A stretch of DNA of 64,000 nt from positions 194,990,001 to 195,054,000 of the forward strand of contig OX597814.1 in the NCBI GenBank assembly GCA_951406725.2, given 5' to 3'. Each line of letters starts with the position of its first letter. The first letter of the stretch is position 1. Shown here in pieces: positions 27,090 through 39,205 of the stretch. Source of the stretch: Octopus vulgaris. Lineage: Eukaryota. Under the pieces are notes generated by a model. The model saw nothing but the letters and a program-made list of their open reading frames with translations, had not been told where the DNA came from and made no database searches. The translations under genes were made by a program, and so were the position numbers.

Positions 27090-28160
27090 CACACGTCTTC
27101 TACTCGTTCTCTCTCCCCCTCGCTATTTTCTCTCTTCCTTTCTAACTCCAAAACGTGTCTTCTACTCGTTCTCCGTCCCCCTCACTATTTCCTCTCTTCC
27201 TTTCTAACTCTAAAACACGTCTTCTACACATTCTCTCTCCCCCTCACTATTTCTTCTCTTCTACTCGTTCTCCTTCCCCCTCGCTATTTCCCCTCTTCCT
27301 TTCTAACTTCAAAACGCGTCTTCTACTCGTTCTCCTTCCCCCTCTTCCTTTCTAACTTCAAAACACGTCTTCACTCTTCTACTCGTTCTCCCTCCCCCTC
27401 ACTATTTCCTTTCTTCCTTTCTAACTCCAAAACACGTCTTCTACTCGTTCTCCCTCCCCCTCACTATTTTCTCTCTTCCTTTCTAACTCTAAAACGCGTC
27501 TTCTACTCGTTCTCCCTCCCCCTCGTTATTTCCTCTCTTCCTTTCTATCTCCAAAACGCGTCTTCTACTCGTTCTCCCTCCCCCTCACTATTTCCACTCT
27601 TCCTTTCTAACTTCAAAACGCGTCTTCTACTCGTTCTCTCTCCCCTCACTATTTACTCTCTTCCTTTCTAACTCCAAAACGCGTCTTCTACTCGTTCTCT
27701 CTCCCCTTCGATATTTCCACTCTCCCTTTCTAACTCCAAAACATGTCTTCTACTCGTTCTCTCTCCCCCTCGCTATTTCCTCTCTTCCTTTCTAACTCCA
27801 AAACGCATCTTCTACTCGTTCTCCCTCCCCCTCACTATTTTCTCTCTTCCTTTCTAACTCTAACACACGTCTTCTACTCGTTCTCCCTCCCCCTCACTAT
27901 TTCGACTCTTCCTTTCTAACTCTAAAACACGTCTTCTACTCGTTCTCCCTCCCCCTCACTATTTCCTCTCTTCCTTTCTAACTCCAAAACACGTCTTCTA
28001 CTCGTTCTCCTTCCCCCTCGCTATTTCCACTCTTCCTTTCTAACTCTAACACACGTCTTCTACTCGTTCTCCCTCCCCTCAGTATTTACTCTCTTCCTTT
28101 CTAACTCTAACACACGTCTTCTACTCGTTCTCCCTCTCCCTCACTATTTCCTCTCTAACT
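27090..28160. repeat. 62-bp pyrimidine-rich minisatellite, about 17 units
   Basis: cgtcttctactcgttctccctccccctcactatttcctctcttcctttctaactccaaaaca recurring every 61-62 bp. Confidence 0.95.
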
Positions 28161-28644
28161 CTGCTCCTCCCGACGCCTATTCTCTCATCCTTTTCTTGTT
28201 TCTCTCTTCCCCCACCATCGCATCTCTTGTAAATCTTCCCCGCACACCCCGATTATATTCTATCCTCTTCCCATCTCTCTCTCTTTCTCTCCCGTTAGCA
28301 AACACACACATACACATACGCGCACTCTCTTTTCCGCTGTTATTCCAACTCTACCTACCTCCTTTTCATTTTTACTATCTTTAAACACAAAAATCCTTCC
28401 TCTCTTCTATTGCATGTCTTTTCTTCAAGACAGTCGATCAGCAAAATTATCTTCTTCCGCACGAAAAAGTAAGTCACCCTCCCCCACTCCACCAAAATAT
28501 AAACACACCAAATTGGGGTATAAAAAAATGAGGTCACTTCAATCTTGTAGTTCCGATAAGATTTATTATTACGGCTACTTTAAAAACGAAGACAACCAAA
28601 TCTCCATAGGTCCCGCTATTTCTAATTATTATTGTTATTATTAT

Positions 28645-28860
28645 ATATAAGCTGGTAAAATCATTAGCGCGTCGAACAAAATGCTTAATAGCATTTCTTC
28701 CGGCTTTACGGTTCTGAGTTCAAATTCCGCTGAGGTCGACTTTGCCTTTCATTCTTTCAGGGTCGATAAATTAAGTACCAGTTACGCACTGGGGTCGATG
28801 TAATCTACTTGACCCTTCCCCTAAATTCCAGGCCTTGTACCCATAGCAGAAAGGAATGTT
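28645..28860 (+). mobile_element. SINE family B variant
   Basis: gagttcaaattccgctgaggtcgactttgcctttcattc... with an alternative tail. Confidence 0.75.
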
Positions 28861-28904
28861 ATTATTTTTTTTTATTTAGTCAAACCTAACAGAGATATTA
28901 CAAT

Positions 28905-29114
28905 GTATGAACATATATATATATATACATACATATATATATACATATACATATATATATATATATATACATACACACACATATATATATATACATACAC
29001 ACACACACACATATATATATATACATACACACACATATATATATATATACATACACACACATATATATATATATATATACATACACACACACATATATAT
29101 ATATACATACACAC

Positions 29115-29147
<33 letters not shown>

Positions 29148-29536
29148 TATATATATATATATACATACACACACACATATATATATATACATACACACAC
29201 ATATATATATATATACATACACACACATATATATATATATATATACATACACACACATATATATATATATACATACACACATATATATATATATACATAC
29301 ACACACACATATATATATATACATACACACACATATATATATATACATACACACACATATATATATATATATATATACATACACACACATATATATACAC
29401 ACACACACACATATATATATATACACACACACATATATATATATATACATACACACACACACACACACATATATACATACACACACACACACATATATAT
29501 ATACATACACACACACACACACACACATATATACAT

Positions 29537-29573
<37 letters not shown>

Positions 29574-29613
29574 CATACACACACACATATATATATATAT
29601 ACATACACACACA

Positions 29614-29659
<46 letters not shown>

Positions 29660-29700
29660 AAAAAAAAAATATATATATATATAACACATATATATATACA
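28905..29700. repeat. Compound (TA)n/(CA)n microsatellite, ~800 bp
   Basis: Directly visible; explains the [12 protein letters not shown] ORFs. Confidence 0.98.
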
Positions 29701-29987
29701 TATTAAGTGTTCAGTCCTTAATTTGTATGTAAAAATATTTTAATCTTCGGATTCTTTTTAATATGTTGGACCACTGGTTTTAATTGACTAATATCAATTT
29801 CTACCCTTAATTAATTTTATATATATATATATATAGATAGATAGATAGATAGATATGTATATTTCCTCGAAAAGAGAGAGAGAAAAAGAAAAGATATTAT
29901 GGCTGAATAAGTTTTCATTGTTAAGAAAGTTAAAAACAAAATATTGTGAATGGTTTTTCAACCATTTTGGATATCTTGTGGAAATAT

Positions 29988-29996
29988 CCGGAAGTG
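29988..29996 (+). promoter_or_regulatory. ETS/GABP motif CCGGAAGTG; possible divergent promoter
   Basis: Perfect ETS site in unique sequence, followed by plausible plus-strand splice signals (GT 30027, acceptor 30118, donor AG|GTAAG 30403). Confidence 0.35.
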
Positions 29997-30933
29997 ACAA
30001 GCATGTCGGAGTTGTGAGCAGTCTGGGTAAACAAGAGCCTTAGCACAGCAGAAATCAATTAGCAACGGTTAAACAAGTACATTTTCATATCTTCCTTCAC
30101 TCCTTCTTCCATTTACAGCTAGCTATGCTGCTTGTTATTGTTTTTGTAAAAGGAGTTTTAACTTTGAATACAAACCTTAAATCTGCAAAGGAGAGAGAGA
30201 GAGAAAAGAGGGTGGGGATTAAGGTAGCTAAATCGTCTTCAGTATATATATATATATATAGGTTTATATTAATGAGTAAGAGGAAGCCAGAGCAAGCACC
30301 CATGGTAATTTGTAAGACCGTCCTAGCCTGGCGTGATCGATGTAGTAGGTGTTTTAGTTTGGAAATTTTGTAGGTCAAGTCTGTTTGGTAAACGTGGTGG
30401 AGGTAAGGTATTCCGGTGGTACTGCTTAGGGGATGAATATTAAGGGGGAAATGTTTATTGCGGGGGTTGTGAGTGAGACAGCAAGGAATGATGATACGAA
30501 GATAGTTAGGAGTGGCTCAGGGTGGGAAGACTCACGCAGTTGTAAAAGGGAGCATACATTGTTTAGCCAACAACAAAAAAAAAGAAAAAGAAAAGAAAAA
30601 CTGATTAAGCAGGCCTATGATCAAAGGCGTTCCCAGCCGTGACTATCCCGTAATTTAACATTTGTGCCTAGAATCTTATTATACAATGGATATCTTTCGC
30701 TTTAGCCACATAAAATGGCGGTTTATCTCGACACCCTTGGTGATCTCTAACGACATGGAATAATAACACATATATACGCAAATACTACCGTGTATCGATC
30801 CTTAATATATTGATTTGAAATTTTGGCCCAAGGCCAGCAATTTTGGAGGAGGGGGAAGTCGATTACATCTACCCCAGTGCTCAAATTGTACTTTCTTATT
30901 TTATCGATCCTGAAAGGATGAAAGAGTCAACCT

Positions 30934-31336
30934 GGATCTTTTCGGTTTGAACGGCAGTTTTTTCTAGCGGTGTCATATGAAATTGTCACCCATAATTATG
31001 ACCCTAGTATCGATCTATTGCATTTCAATCTATTTTAGGGGTGGGGGGAAGGGCATCTTTTTTTCTTCACAAATGTAATAAACCCAATCTGTTTCTTAAA
31101 CGAGAGACATATTCATACCGCACAGAATGTTTTCATCTCAATAGACGTCATTGATTGGTTGAAATTGCAGAAATTGAAGAAAAAAGACAACAAATATCTT
31201 ACAACTATAGAATTTTCTCGATAAAGCCAAGAGAAAAAGATGTTTTATAAATACATTCTACCAGTATACGAAGTTTAAAAGTGTTTAGTTACGTGGAAAT
31301 TATTTTAAAAAACTGCCGTTCAAACCGAAAAGATCC
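30934..31336. mobile_element. Merlin-like MITE inserted into a reverse family B SINE
   Basis: TIRs, 8-bp TSD gtcaacct. Confidence 0.9.
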
Positions 31337-31795
31337 GTCAACCTCAGTATGTAATGATGGACGAAATGCTGCTAAGCATTTTGCCGTGTGTTCTAACGAT
31401 TCTGTCAGCTGGCTATCTTAATTTACCTTTAATATGTTGATTTCAAATTTTGACACAAAGTCAGTGTGACTTTTATCAACCCCGAAAGGATGAACAGCAA
31501 AGTTGGCCCCAACAGAATTTGAACTCAGAGTGCAAAGATAGTAAACACTTTTCTACTGTGGTGATAGGTCAGCTTGATATAAATGTATGTGTGTGTGTAT
31601 CTTTGAGTTTGTATCCCCTCTTACCACTTGACAACCAATGCAGGTTTGCTTACATGCCCATAACTGAGCAGTTTGGAAAAAAGGGTCCACTAGCAAGCAT
31701 GGCCACAGTCCAATGACTGAAAGAAATAAAAAGCAAACGAGAAATAAAGATAACTTTACTTAAATCCTGGTCACGGCAGTCTGCCATTACCTTTA

Positions 31796-32200
31796 GGGCG
31801 CAGGAGTGGCTGTGTAGTAAGTAGCTTGCTTACCAACCACATGGTTCCGGGTTCGGTCACACTGCATAGCACTTTGGGTAAGTGTCTTCTACTATAGCCT
31901 CAGGCCGACCAAAAACTTGTGAGTGGATTTGGTAGACGGAAACTGAAAGAAGCCCGTCATATATATATGTATATATATATATGTTTGTGTGTCTGTGTTT
32001 GTCCCCCCAACATCGCTTGACAACCAATGCTGGTGTGTTTGCATCCCCGTAACTTAGCGGTTCGGCAAAAGTGACCGATAGTACAAGTACTAGGCTTACA
32101 AAGAATAAGTCCTTAGGTTGATTTCCTCGGCTAAAGGTGGTGCTCCAGCATGACCACAGTCAAATGACTGAAACAAGTAAAAGAATAAAGAAAGAAAGAG
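31796..32200 (+). mobile_element. SINE family A
   Basis: Full-length copy. Confidence 0.9.
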
Positions 32201-32264
32201 TATTCCACTGAAACTAGGTAAATATAAGCCTTCGAACAGAGACGTCAGTGGCGATACCTGCGGG

Positions 32265-32324
32265 GTCTGACTGCGCTACATTGACATGGGGTAATACCCC
32301 GAAACATGTCTGTAGCTGTCGGAC
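32265..32324 (+). ncRNA. Type I hammerhead-ribozyme-like motif with variant core
   Basis: Stem I gctaca/tgtagc (extended by gtctgac/gtcggac), core UUGACAU, stem II ggggt-aat-acccc, GAAA, palindromic CAUG, GUC cleavage triplet. Confidence 0.6.
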
Positions 32325-32614
32325 TGGCAGTGTGAAGCGGCTGATCTCCCTTGTTCGAAGGTTATAATGGATACAGATCATGTATCAATAGCTATCTTAA
32401 GGCGGTGGCCTCATGGAGCTGACCAGCGGCAGCGATTATTCTTATATCTATAAGAATGCCATATTAATATGGCGATAACAATTAATTTCCAGTAAACGCT
32501 GTCGTAATCTCTTTTATAGAGACTTAGTAATTTTAATATTTCTATTAAAGAAAGAGTATATGAGGTAAAAATGCCACAGTCCTTTGGGTCAGAAACTGTT
32601 TGTCTCTCATGTTC

Positions 32615-32837
32615 ATAGTCGTGGCCGTTGCCACTGTCATGTAAATAGCACCTGTGCCGGTGGCACGTAAAAAGCACCCATTACACTCATGGAGGGGTTG
32701 GTGTTAGGAAGGGCATCCAGCTATAGAAACCATGCCAAAACCAGACTGGAACTTGGTGCAGCTCTCCGCCTTGCCAGTTCTCGTCAAACTGTCTAACCCA
32801 TGCCAGCATGGAAAGCAGACATCAAATGATGATGATA
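32615..32837 (+). mobile_element. Family C retroposon
   Basis: aggaagggcatccagc motif, (GAT)n tail. Confidence 0.75.
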
Positions 32838-33225
32838 TTCAATCTTGGAATATCAACAGACTTTTCCCAATCAGATAGTTATTGCTATCATGTTCCAGTC
32901 AAGCAAATGAAAGCATGGTTGAATGGTTAAGTAATTCAATTCACAGTCTTGAGGCCCTGGATTCAATCTTGGGTAGGTATCTTTTACAGTCTCAGGAGAT
33001 CAGATCATTCAGAGTTATGCAAATGAAATTGGGTAGACAGAAAATGTAAGCAAGACCATTGGATAGATTGTGTCTACAATGCAGAGGTCTAGCCAGCCTT
33101 GTCACATACACATGTATTGATAATCTGTTGATTAATTAACTAGTTATGGCTCTTCTGTCTTGCTTGATGACTTGAGAGTCAAATAATATATTACACAATC
33201 TAACTAAATGTATTGTATTATGCTA

Positions 33226-33457
33226 AGGCAGCAAGCTGGCAGAAAAGTTAGCACGCCGGGTGAAATGCCAAGCGGTATTTCGTCTGCCACTACGTTCTGA
33301 GTTCAAATTCCGCCGAGGTCGACTTTGCCGTTCATCCTTTCGGGGTCAATTAAATAAGTACCAGTTACACACTGGGGTCGATGTAATCAACTTAATCCAT
33401 TTGTCTGTCCTTGTTTATCCTCTCTGTGTTTAGCCCCTTGTGGGTAGTAAAGAAATA
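33226..33457 (+). mobile_element. SINE family B
   Basis: Full copy, TSD-like tgtattatgct. Confidence 0.88.
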
Positions 33458-33569
33458 TGTAATGTATTATGCTTACATCAAAATCAAAACTTTTAATGAA
33501 ACAATTGTATCAACACTAGATAACATGTCTGTTTTATTACATACATATATATATTATATATATGAAAAC

Positions 33570-33989
33570 CTGTTGAGGCAAGTGAAATTGAAATCGAATT
33601 AAATTCGATGACTGGCACCCGTGCCAGTGGAGTGCTAAGAGTACCATCCGTCGTTGCCAGAGCAGTTGACTGGCTTCTGTGCCGGTGGCACATCAAAAAA
33701 CATTTGCGCGAGGTCGTTGCCAGTGTCGCTGGACTGGCTCCTGTGCAGGTGGCACATAAAAATCACCATTTGAGCGTGGCCATTGCCAGTACCGCCTGAC
33801 TGGCCCTTGTGCCAGTGGCACATTAAAAAGTACCCACTACACTCTTGGAGTGGTTGGCGTTAGGAAGGGCATCCAGCTGTAGAAACTCTGCCAGATCAGA
33901 TTGGAGCCTGGGGCAGCCATCTGGCTTGCCAGTCCTCAATCAAACCGTCCAACCCATGCTAGCATGGAAAGTGGTTGTTAAACAATGAT

Positions 33990-33990
<1 letters not shown>
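33570..33990 (+). mobile_element. Family C retroposon, long form with about 4 internal ~60-bp units
   Basis: Repeated gactggc(t/c)c..gtgcc(g/a)gtggcac units upstream of the RTE-like tail. Confidence 0.8.
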
Positions 33991-34037
<47 letters not shown>

Positions 34038-35099
34038 TTTTCTACTCTAAGCATAAGGTCCAAAATTATTTTTGGCAGTTGATTAGATCAACTTGTACTT
34101 AATTTACTGACCCCATAATGATGAAAGGCAAAGTCGACCTTGGTGGAATTTGAACTGAGAATGTAAAGACAGACGAAATACTCCTAAGCATTTCATCTGG
34201 CATGCTAATGTTTCTACCAGCTTGCTGCCTTTATATACTTCTATTCTTTTACTTGTTTTAGTCATTTGACTGTGGCCATGCTGGAGCACCACCTTTAGTT
34301 GAGCAAATCCACCCCAGGACTTATTCTTTGTAAGCCTAGTACTTATTCTATCGGACCCTTTTGCCGAACCATTAAGTTATAGGGATGTAAACACACCAGC
34401 ATCAGTTGTCAAGCGATGTTGGGGTACAAACATAGGCACACAAACATATACACACACATACACATATATATATATATCAGATCAGATTGGAGCCTGGTGC
34501 AGCCTCCTAACTTGACAGTCCTCAGTCAAACCGTCCAACCCGACTGTGACACCAACACAGGCTTTGGCATGATTTTTACAGTTGGATGCCTTTCCAAATG
34601 ACAACCACTTCAGTGTGGACTAGATGCTTTTTTAATGTAGCACCAGCACCAGCAGAGTCATTAAGTGACTTGCAAGACTAAGAGTTTTGAGAGGAGAGGG
34701 AACATTGGAGGAGGTGATCTTGTGTCAGATGAGGAAAGGTCAGAGTGTGATAGAGAGGCAGAAACAGGTGTCCTGCTATAGAGGAGGTACATGATTACCT
34801 GCCCAGAAAGAGATGGAGAGAGGGAGAGGGGGATGGTAGAGAAAGGAAGAGAGAAATAAATGGTGTCAGTTGCCAGGGCATGCCCTCAAGGTAAGGAGGT
34901 CACAATACATGTGGCCAGATATTGCCAAGAAGGTGCGAGTGGGGTGGGGATTGCAGTGACTGGTGAGAACCTGGGTACACACACACTGCAGTCTGGGCTT
35001 GATCTGTTCAACTAAATCTTGCGAGGCAATGTCCCAGCAAATTACATACCTATATGTTTACATATATATATATAATCATCAAGGGTGATCTTCAACCAG

Positions 35100-35806
35100 G
35101 AATTGAAAGTATTTATTGAACTAACGACAGAATCTCAACAGGTTCCATCATTGGGCTTCAATATGCTGACAACAACAGCATTGCAGCATTATTTGAAGAA
35201 AATCTGCAACAGACCCTCAATGCCTTCCATCAAGACTATGGAAAACTGGGACTCAGCCATCAATTGCGAAAGACACAAGTCATCTTCCAACCATCACCAG
35301 TCAAGATAAACAGCGCACACCCAGCCACTGAAAGTTGTACAGTCTTAGACAGCATGAATCATTTTCCATATTTGGGAAGTTGTCTCTTCCAATGCAGTAT
35401 CCAGCATCATCTCGAAAGCGCTGTTGCTGCCTTTGGCCATCTCTGAACAAGAATGTCCCAGGATTAAGACATTCAAACTGTTACAAAAATGATGGTATAC
35501 AAGGTAGTGGTCATCCCACACTGCTGTACAGTAATTTCTCACCATATTGTGGATCACCTATTGCGGTTTATTATTTAAGCTTACATCGATTCCTTCATGG
35601 TGTTGCTTTGTATTTATAATAAAATAAATATATACAAATTATAAAAAAAAAAAAAAAATTGCTGTGTGGTAAGTAGCTTGTTTACCAACCACATGGTTTT
35701 GGGTTCAGTCCCACTGCGTGGCACCTTGGGCAAGTGTCTTCTACAACAGCCTCGGGCCGACCAAAGCCTTGTGAGTGGATTTGGTAGATGGAAACTGAAA
35801 GAAGCC

Positions 35807-35842
<36 letters not shown>

Positions 35843-37020
35843 TTGTGTGTATATGTTTGTGTGTATGTCTTCGCCCCCCCCCCCAACATCGCTTGACAAC
35901 CGATGCTGGTGTGTTTATGTCCCTGTAACTTAGCGGTTTGGCAAAAGAGACAAATATAATAAGTACTAGGCTTACAAAGAATGAGTCCTGGGGTTGATTT
36001 GCTTGACTAAAGGTGGTGCTCCAGCATGGCCACAGTCAAACGACTGAAACAAGTAAAAGAGTGTAGTACTGTCTTTACTTTGTGAATTTTCACCTATCTC
36101 GGTGGGTTTTGGAACATAACACCCATGATAGTCGAAGGATTACTACATATGCATTTGAGACCTGGATTAGGTACAGGAGGCACATAAAAGTTACTGAAAG
36201 GTACCACCAATGCTGCCTGTGAAGTATTCTGAATATCAACTGGAAAGAAAGGACAAACATCAGTGTGTTGGAAGAAGACATCATGACCTCCATTGAAACT
36301 ATCATCATCCAGAAAGAGCTGAGATGGATTGGTCAAGCTGTCTGGGGGAAAAAACAACCATTTACCAAAGCAGCTTCTCTCCTCCCAACATAAATAAGAA
36401 TATCAATGAGGTAAAGAGCAAAAGAAAAATTCCAAAACGACCGTGTCGCCTTACTAGCACTTGTGCTGGTGGCACGTGAAACATTTGAGTGAGGTCGTTG
36501 CCAGTGCCGCTGGACTGGCTCCTGTGCAGGTGGCACATAAAAAGCCATTTGGGCGTGGCTGTTGCCAGTATCACCAAACTGACCCTCGTGCTGGTGGCAC
36601 GTAAAAGCACCCTCTACACTCTCGGGGTGGTTGGCGTTAGGAAGGGCATCCAGCTGTAGAAACTCTGCCAGATCAGATTGGAGTCTGGTTTGCCAGACCT
36701 CAGTCAAATCGTCCAACCCATGCTAGCATGGAAAGCGGATGTTAAATGATGGTGATTCTGAATGTCAACTTCAAGAAATGTAATGATATTGAGAACTTGG
36801 AGAGAAATGCTTAGGAACAAGAACACTGAAGATCCATCATCAAAGAGGGACTAACAACTTCTGAGACCAATGGGCCTACCAAGCAAGAAGAAAAAGAGGA
36901 ATCACAGAAAAGATAGAGGAAGAAGGGAGCTTCCGTTTAGAACCAACTGTCCCACTTGAGGAAGAAACTTCCAAAAGAAGGAACTGGACTCATCAATCAT
37001 CTCAGAATCCATCAGTAGCT
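35100..37020 (+). mobile_element. Decayed RTE (BovB-like) LINE interrupted by SINE A (35660-36062) and family C (36440-36757)
   Basis: Fragmented peptides QYADNN, KTQVIFQPSP, HFPYLGS, AFGHL, TKMMVYKVVVIP.LLY, ELRWIGQ and C-terminal NHLRIH. Confidence 0.8.
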
Positions 37021-37109
37021 ATATAAAAAAGAAAGCAAAAAATAAAACCCCAAAAAACAAAGACCACCACCCTCAATCTTGAGGGATAGCCACAACAGAA
37101 CATATACAT

Positions 37110-37410
37110 ATCATCATTATCGTTTAACATCCATTTTCCATGCTAGCATGGGTTGGATGGTTCGATCAGGGTCTGGGAAGCCAGGAGGTTGCACCAGGCT
37201 CCAGTCTGATCTGGCAGTGTTTCTACAGCTGGATGCCCTTCCTAATGCCAACCACTCCGTGAGTGTAGTGGGTGCTTTTTACATGCCACCGGCACAGGGG
37301 CCAGGGGAGGCTGGCAACAGCCACGATCGGTTGGTGCTTTTTACGTGCCACCAGCACGGATACCAGTCAAGGTGGCGCTTTTTACGTGCCATCGGCACGG
37401 GTATCACATG
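37110..37410 (-). mobile_element. Family C retroposon
   Basis: Reverse copy. Confidence 0.8.
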
Positions 37411-37639
37411 CATATATTAGACACACATACATTTATGTATGTGCTTGATTATGTGCATTGAAGTTTTAGACTAGGTATGCTGTATTGTTGTGTATTGTCA
37501 AAAGCAGTGAAGAGGATTAACAGCAGTTAAATACAATTCTGAAACATCTTGTTGAACACATACCAGCATGGAAAATCTGCGTGTGCACGTTTGTCCCCAA
37601 CTACCACTTGACAACTGGTGTTAGTGTGTTTATAGCAAA

Positions 37640-37970
37640 AGACGTCTGCGTTGGCTGGGTCATGCTCTCTGTCGTCAACCAGGAGAATTCATCTGCGAAG
37701 CAATTGCCCCAGCTCCCGTTCAGGGTTGGCGAAAGCAATGTGGTGGACAACGAAAAACCTTGCTGATGACAGTCAAGGCTGATCTGGAACCCAACCTAGG
37801 TCCCCCATATCTATGGCGTTTGCTGCTGGAATAAGGAGTGGTTAGAGACATGCGGTTGCTAGCCTCAAATCGCCAGGTATGGTCGGCGTTTGTGAGAGAT
37901 GCAGCATTGAGGATGAATGAATCTAGCTCAACCCACCCTGGGTGAACGCTGTCTCAAGACAAGAAGAAGA
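37640..37970 (+). mobile_element. RTE-clade (SR2-like) LINE 3' fragment
   Basis: LRWLGHALCR...GWRKQCGGQRKT...ASNRQVWSAFVRDA...STHPG* plus short-repeat tail. Confidence 0.8.
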
Positions 37971-38112
37971 CAGCAAAAGAGACTGATAGAATAAGTACAA
38001 GAGAACAAGGCTTAAAAAAAAAAAGTATTGAGGTTGATTCATTCAGCTAAAAACTCCTCAAAGTGATGCACCAGGATGTGAGGTGTATTTGAGGATACTT
38101 ATTTGTATATTA

Positions 38113-38518
38113 GGCGCAGGAGTGGCTGTGTGGGAAGTAGCCTGTCTACCAACCACATGGTTCCGGGTTCAGTCCCACTGCGTGGCACCTTGGGCAAGTG
38201 TCTTCTACTATAGCCTCGGGCCGACCAAAGCCTTGTGAGTGGATTTGGTAGACGGAAACTGAAAGAAGCCCGTCATATATATGTATATATATATATATGT
38301 ATGCGTGTGTGTGTTTGTGTGTCTGTGTCCCTCTAGCATTGGTTGACAACCGATGCTGGTGTGTTTATGTCCCTGTCACTTAGCGGTTCGGCAAAAGAGA
38401 CCGATAGAATAAGTACTGGGCTTACAAAAGAATAAGTTCCGGGGTCGATTTGCTCGATTAAAAGGCGGTGCTCCAGCATGGCTGCAGTCAAATGACTGAA
38501 ACAAGTAAAAGAGTAAAG
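38113..38518 (+). mobile_element. SINE family A
   Basis: Full-length, low-divergence copy. Confidence 0.92.
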
Positions 38519-38969
38519 AATAATATTACTCTCTTCAAACTGATTAAAAGCATTGTATTTCTTTCAGATTCACCATGAGAGATACAATGCTAAGACATAT
38601 AATGAAAAGGCATGCACGCAGTTATTGTTGCTATATGTGCAGAACATAGAGATTTAGAAATTACCACTTTTTAAATGTTATAAGATCTTTTGTACACAGA
38701 GTTTGAATGAAATTGGAAGGTTCTGTGGGAATGTTTCTACTGTATCAACGAGAAAAAACAAAACAATCTAAACATCTGGACACTATAGGGACACTGCAAT
38801 TCATCTGATGAGTTCAAAACATTATTGATGATAAAAAGTCCTGAAAAGTCAATGAGAGCCATCACCAAAGAACTTTAGGTGACGGAGTGGACTGTCAGAT
38901 CTGTAGTGCAGGAGGACATTTGATACAAGTCATTTGTTTTGTATGACATGTGGACTCTGTATACTAATC

Positions 38970-39205
38970 TATCTGTTTCTTTATTACCCACAAGGAGCTA
39001 AACATAGAGGTGACAAACAAGGACAAACAAACGGATTAAGTCGATTACATTGACCCCAGTGCGTAACTGGTACTTAATTTATCAACCCTGAAAGGATGAA
39101 AGGTAAAGTTGACCTCGGCGGAATTTGAACTCGGAACGTAACGGCAGACGAAACACCGCTAGGCATTTCGCCCGGCACACTAACGTTGCTGCCAGCTCGC
39201 CGCCT
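38970..39205 (-). mobile_element. SINE family B
   Basis: Reverse copy inside the transposase relic. Confidence 0.88.

Noticed and set aside
26997-27671. 224-aa Leu/Ser/Pro/Phe-rich ORF with a signal-peptide-like start
   Set aside because: It starts at TTG, not ATG, and is the translation of the 62-bp pyrimidine minisatellite.
28872-29743. Five long ORFs (258-278 aa) of [12 protein letters not shown]
   Set aside because: They are translations of a TA/CA microsatellite that lacks stop codons and is open in several frames on both strands.
38567-38660. Plus-strand acceptor followed by caccATG, a candidate host exon
   Set aside because: The downstream sequence is the N-terminus of the decayed maT-like transposase, and the frame stops after 28 codons.
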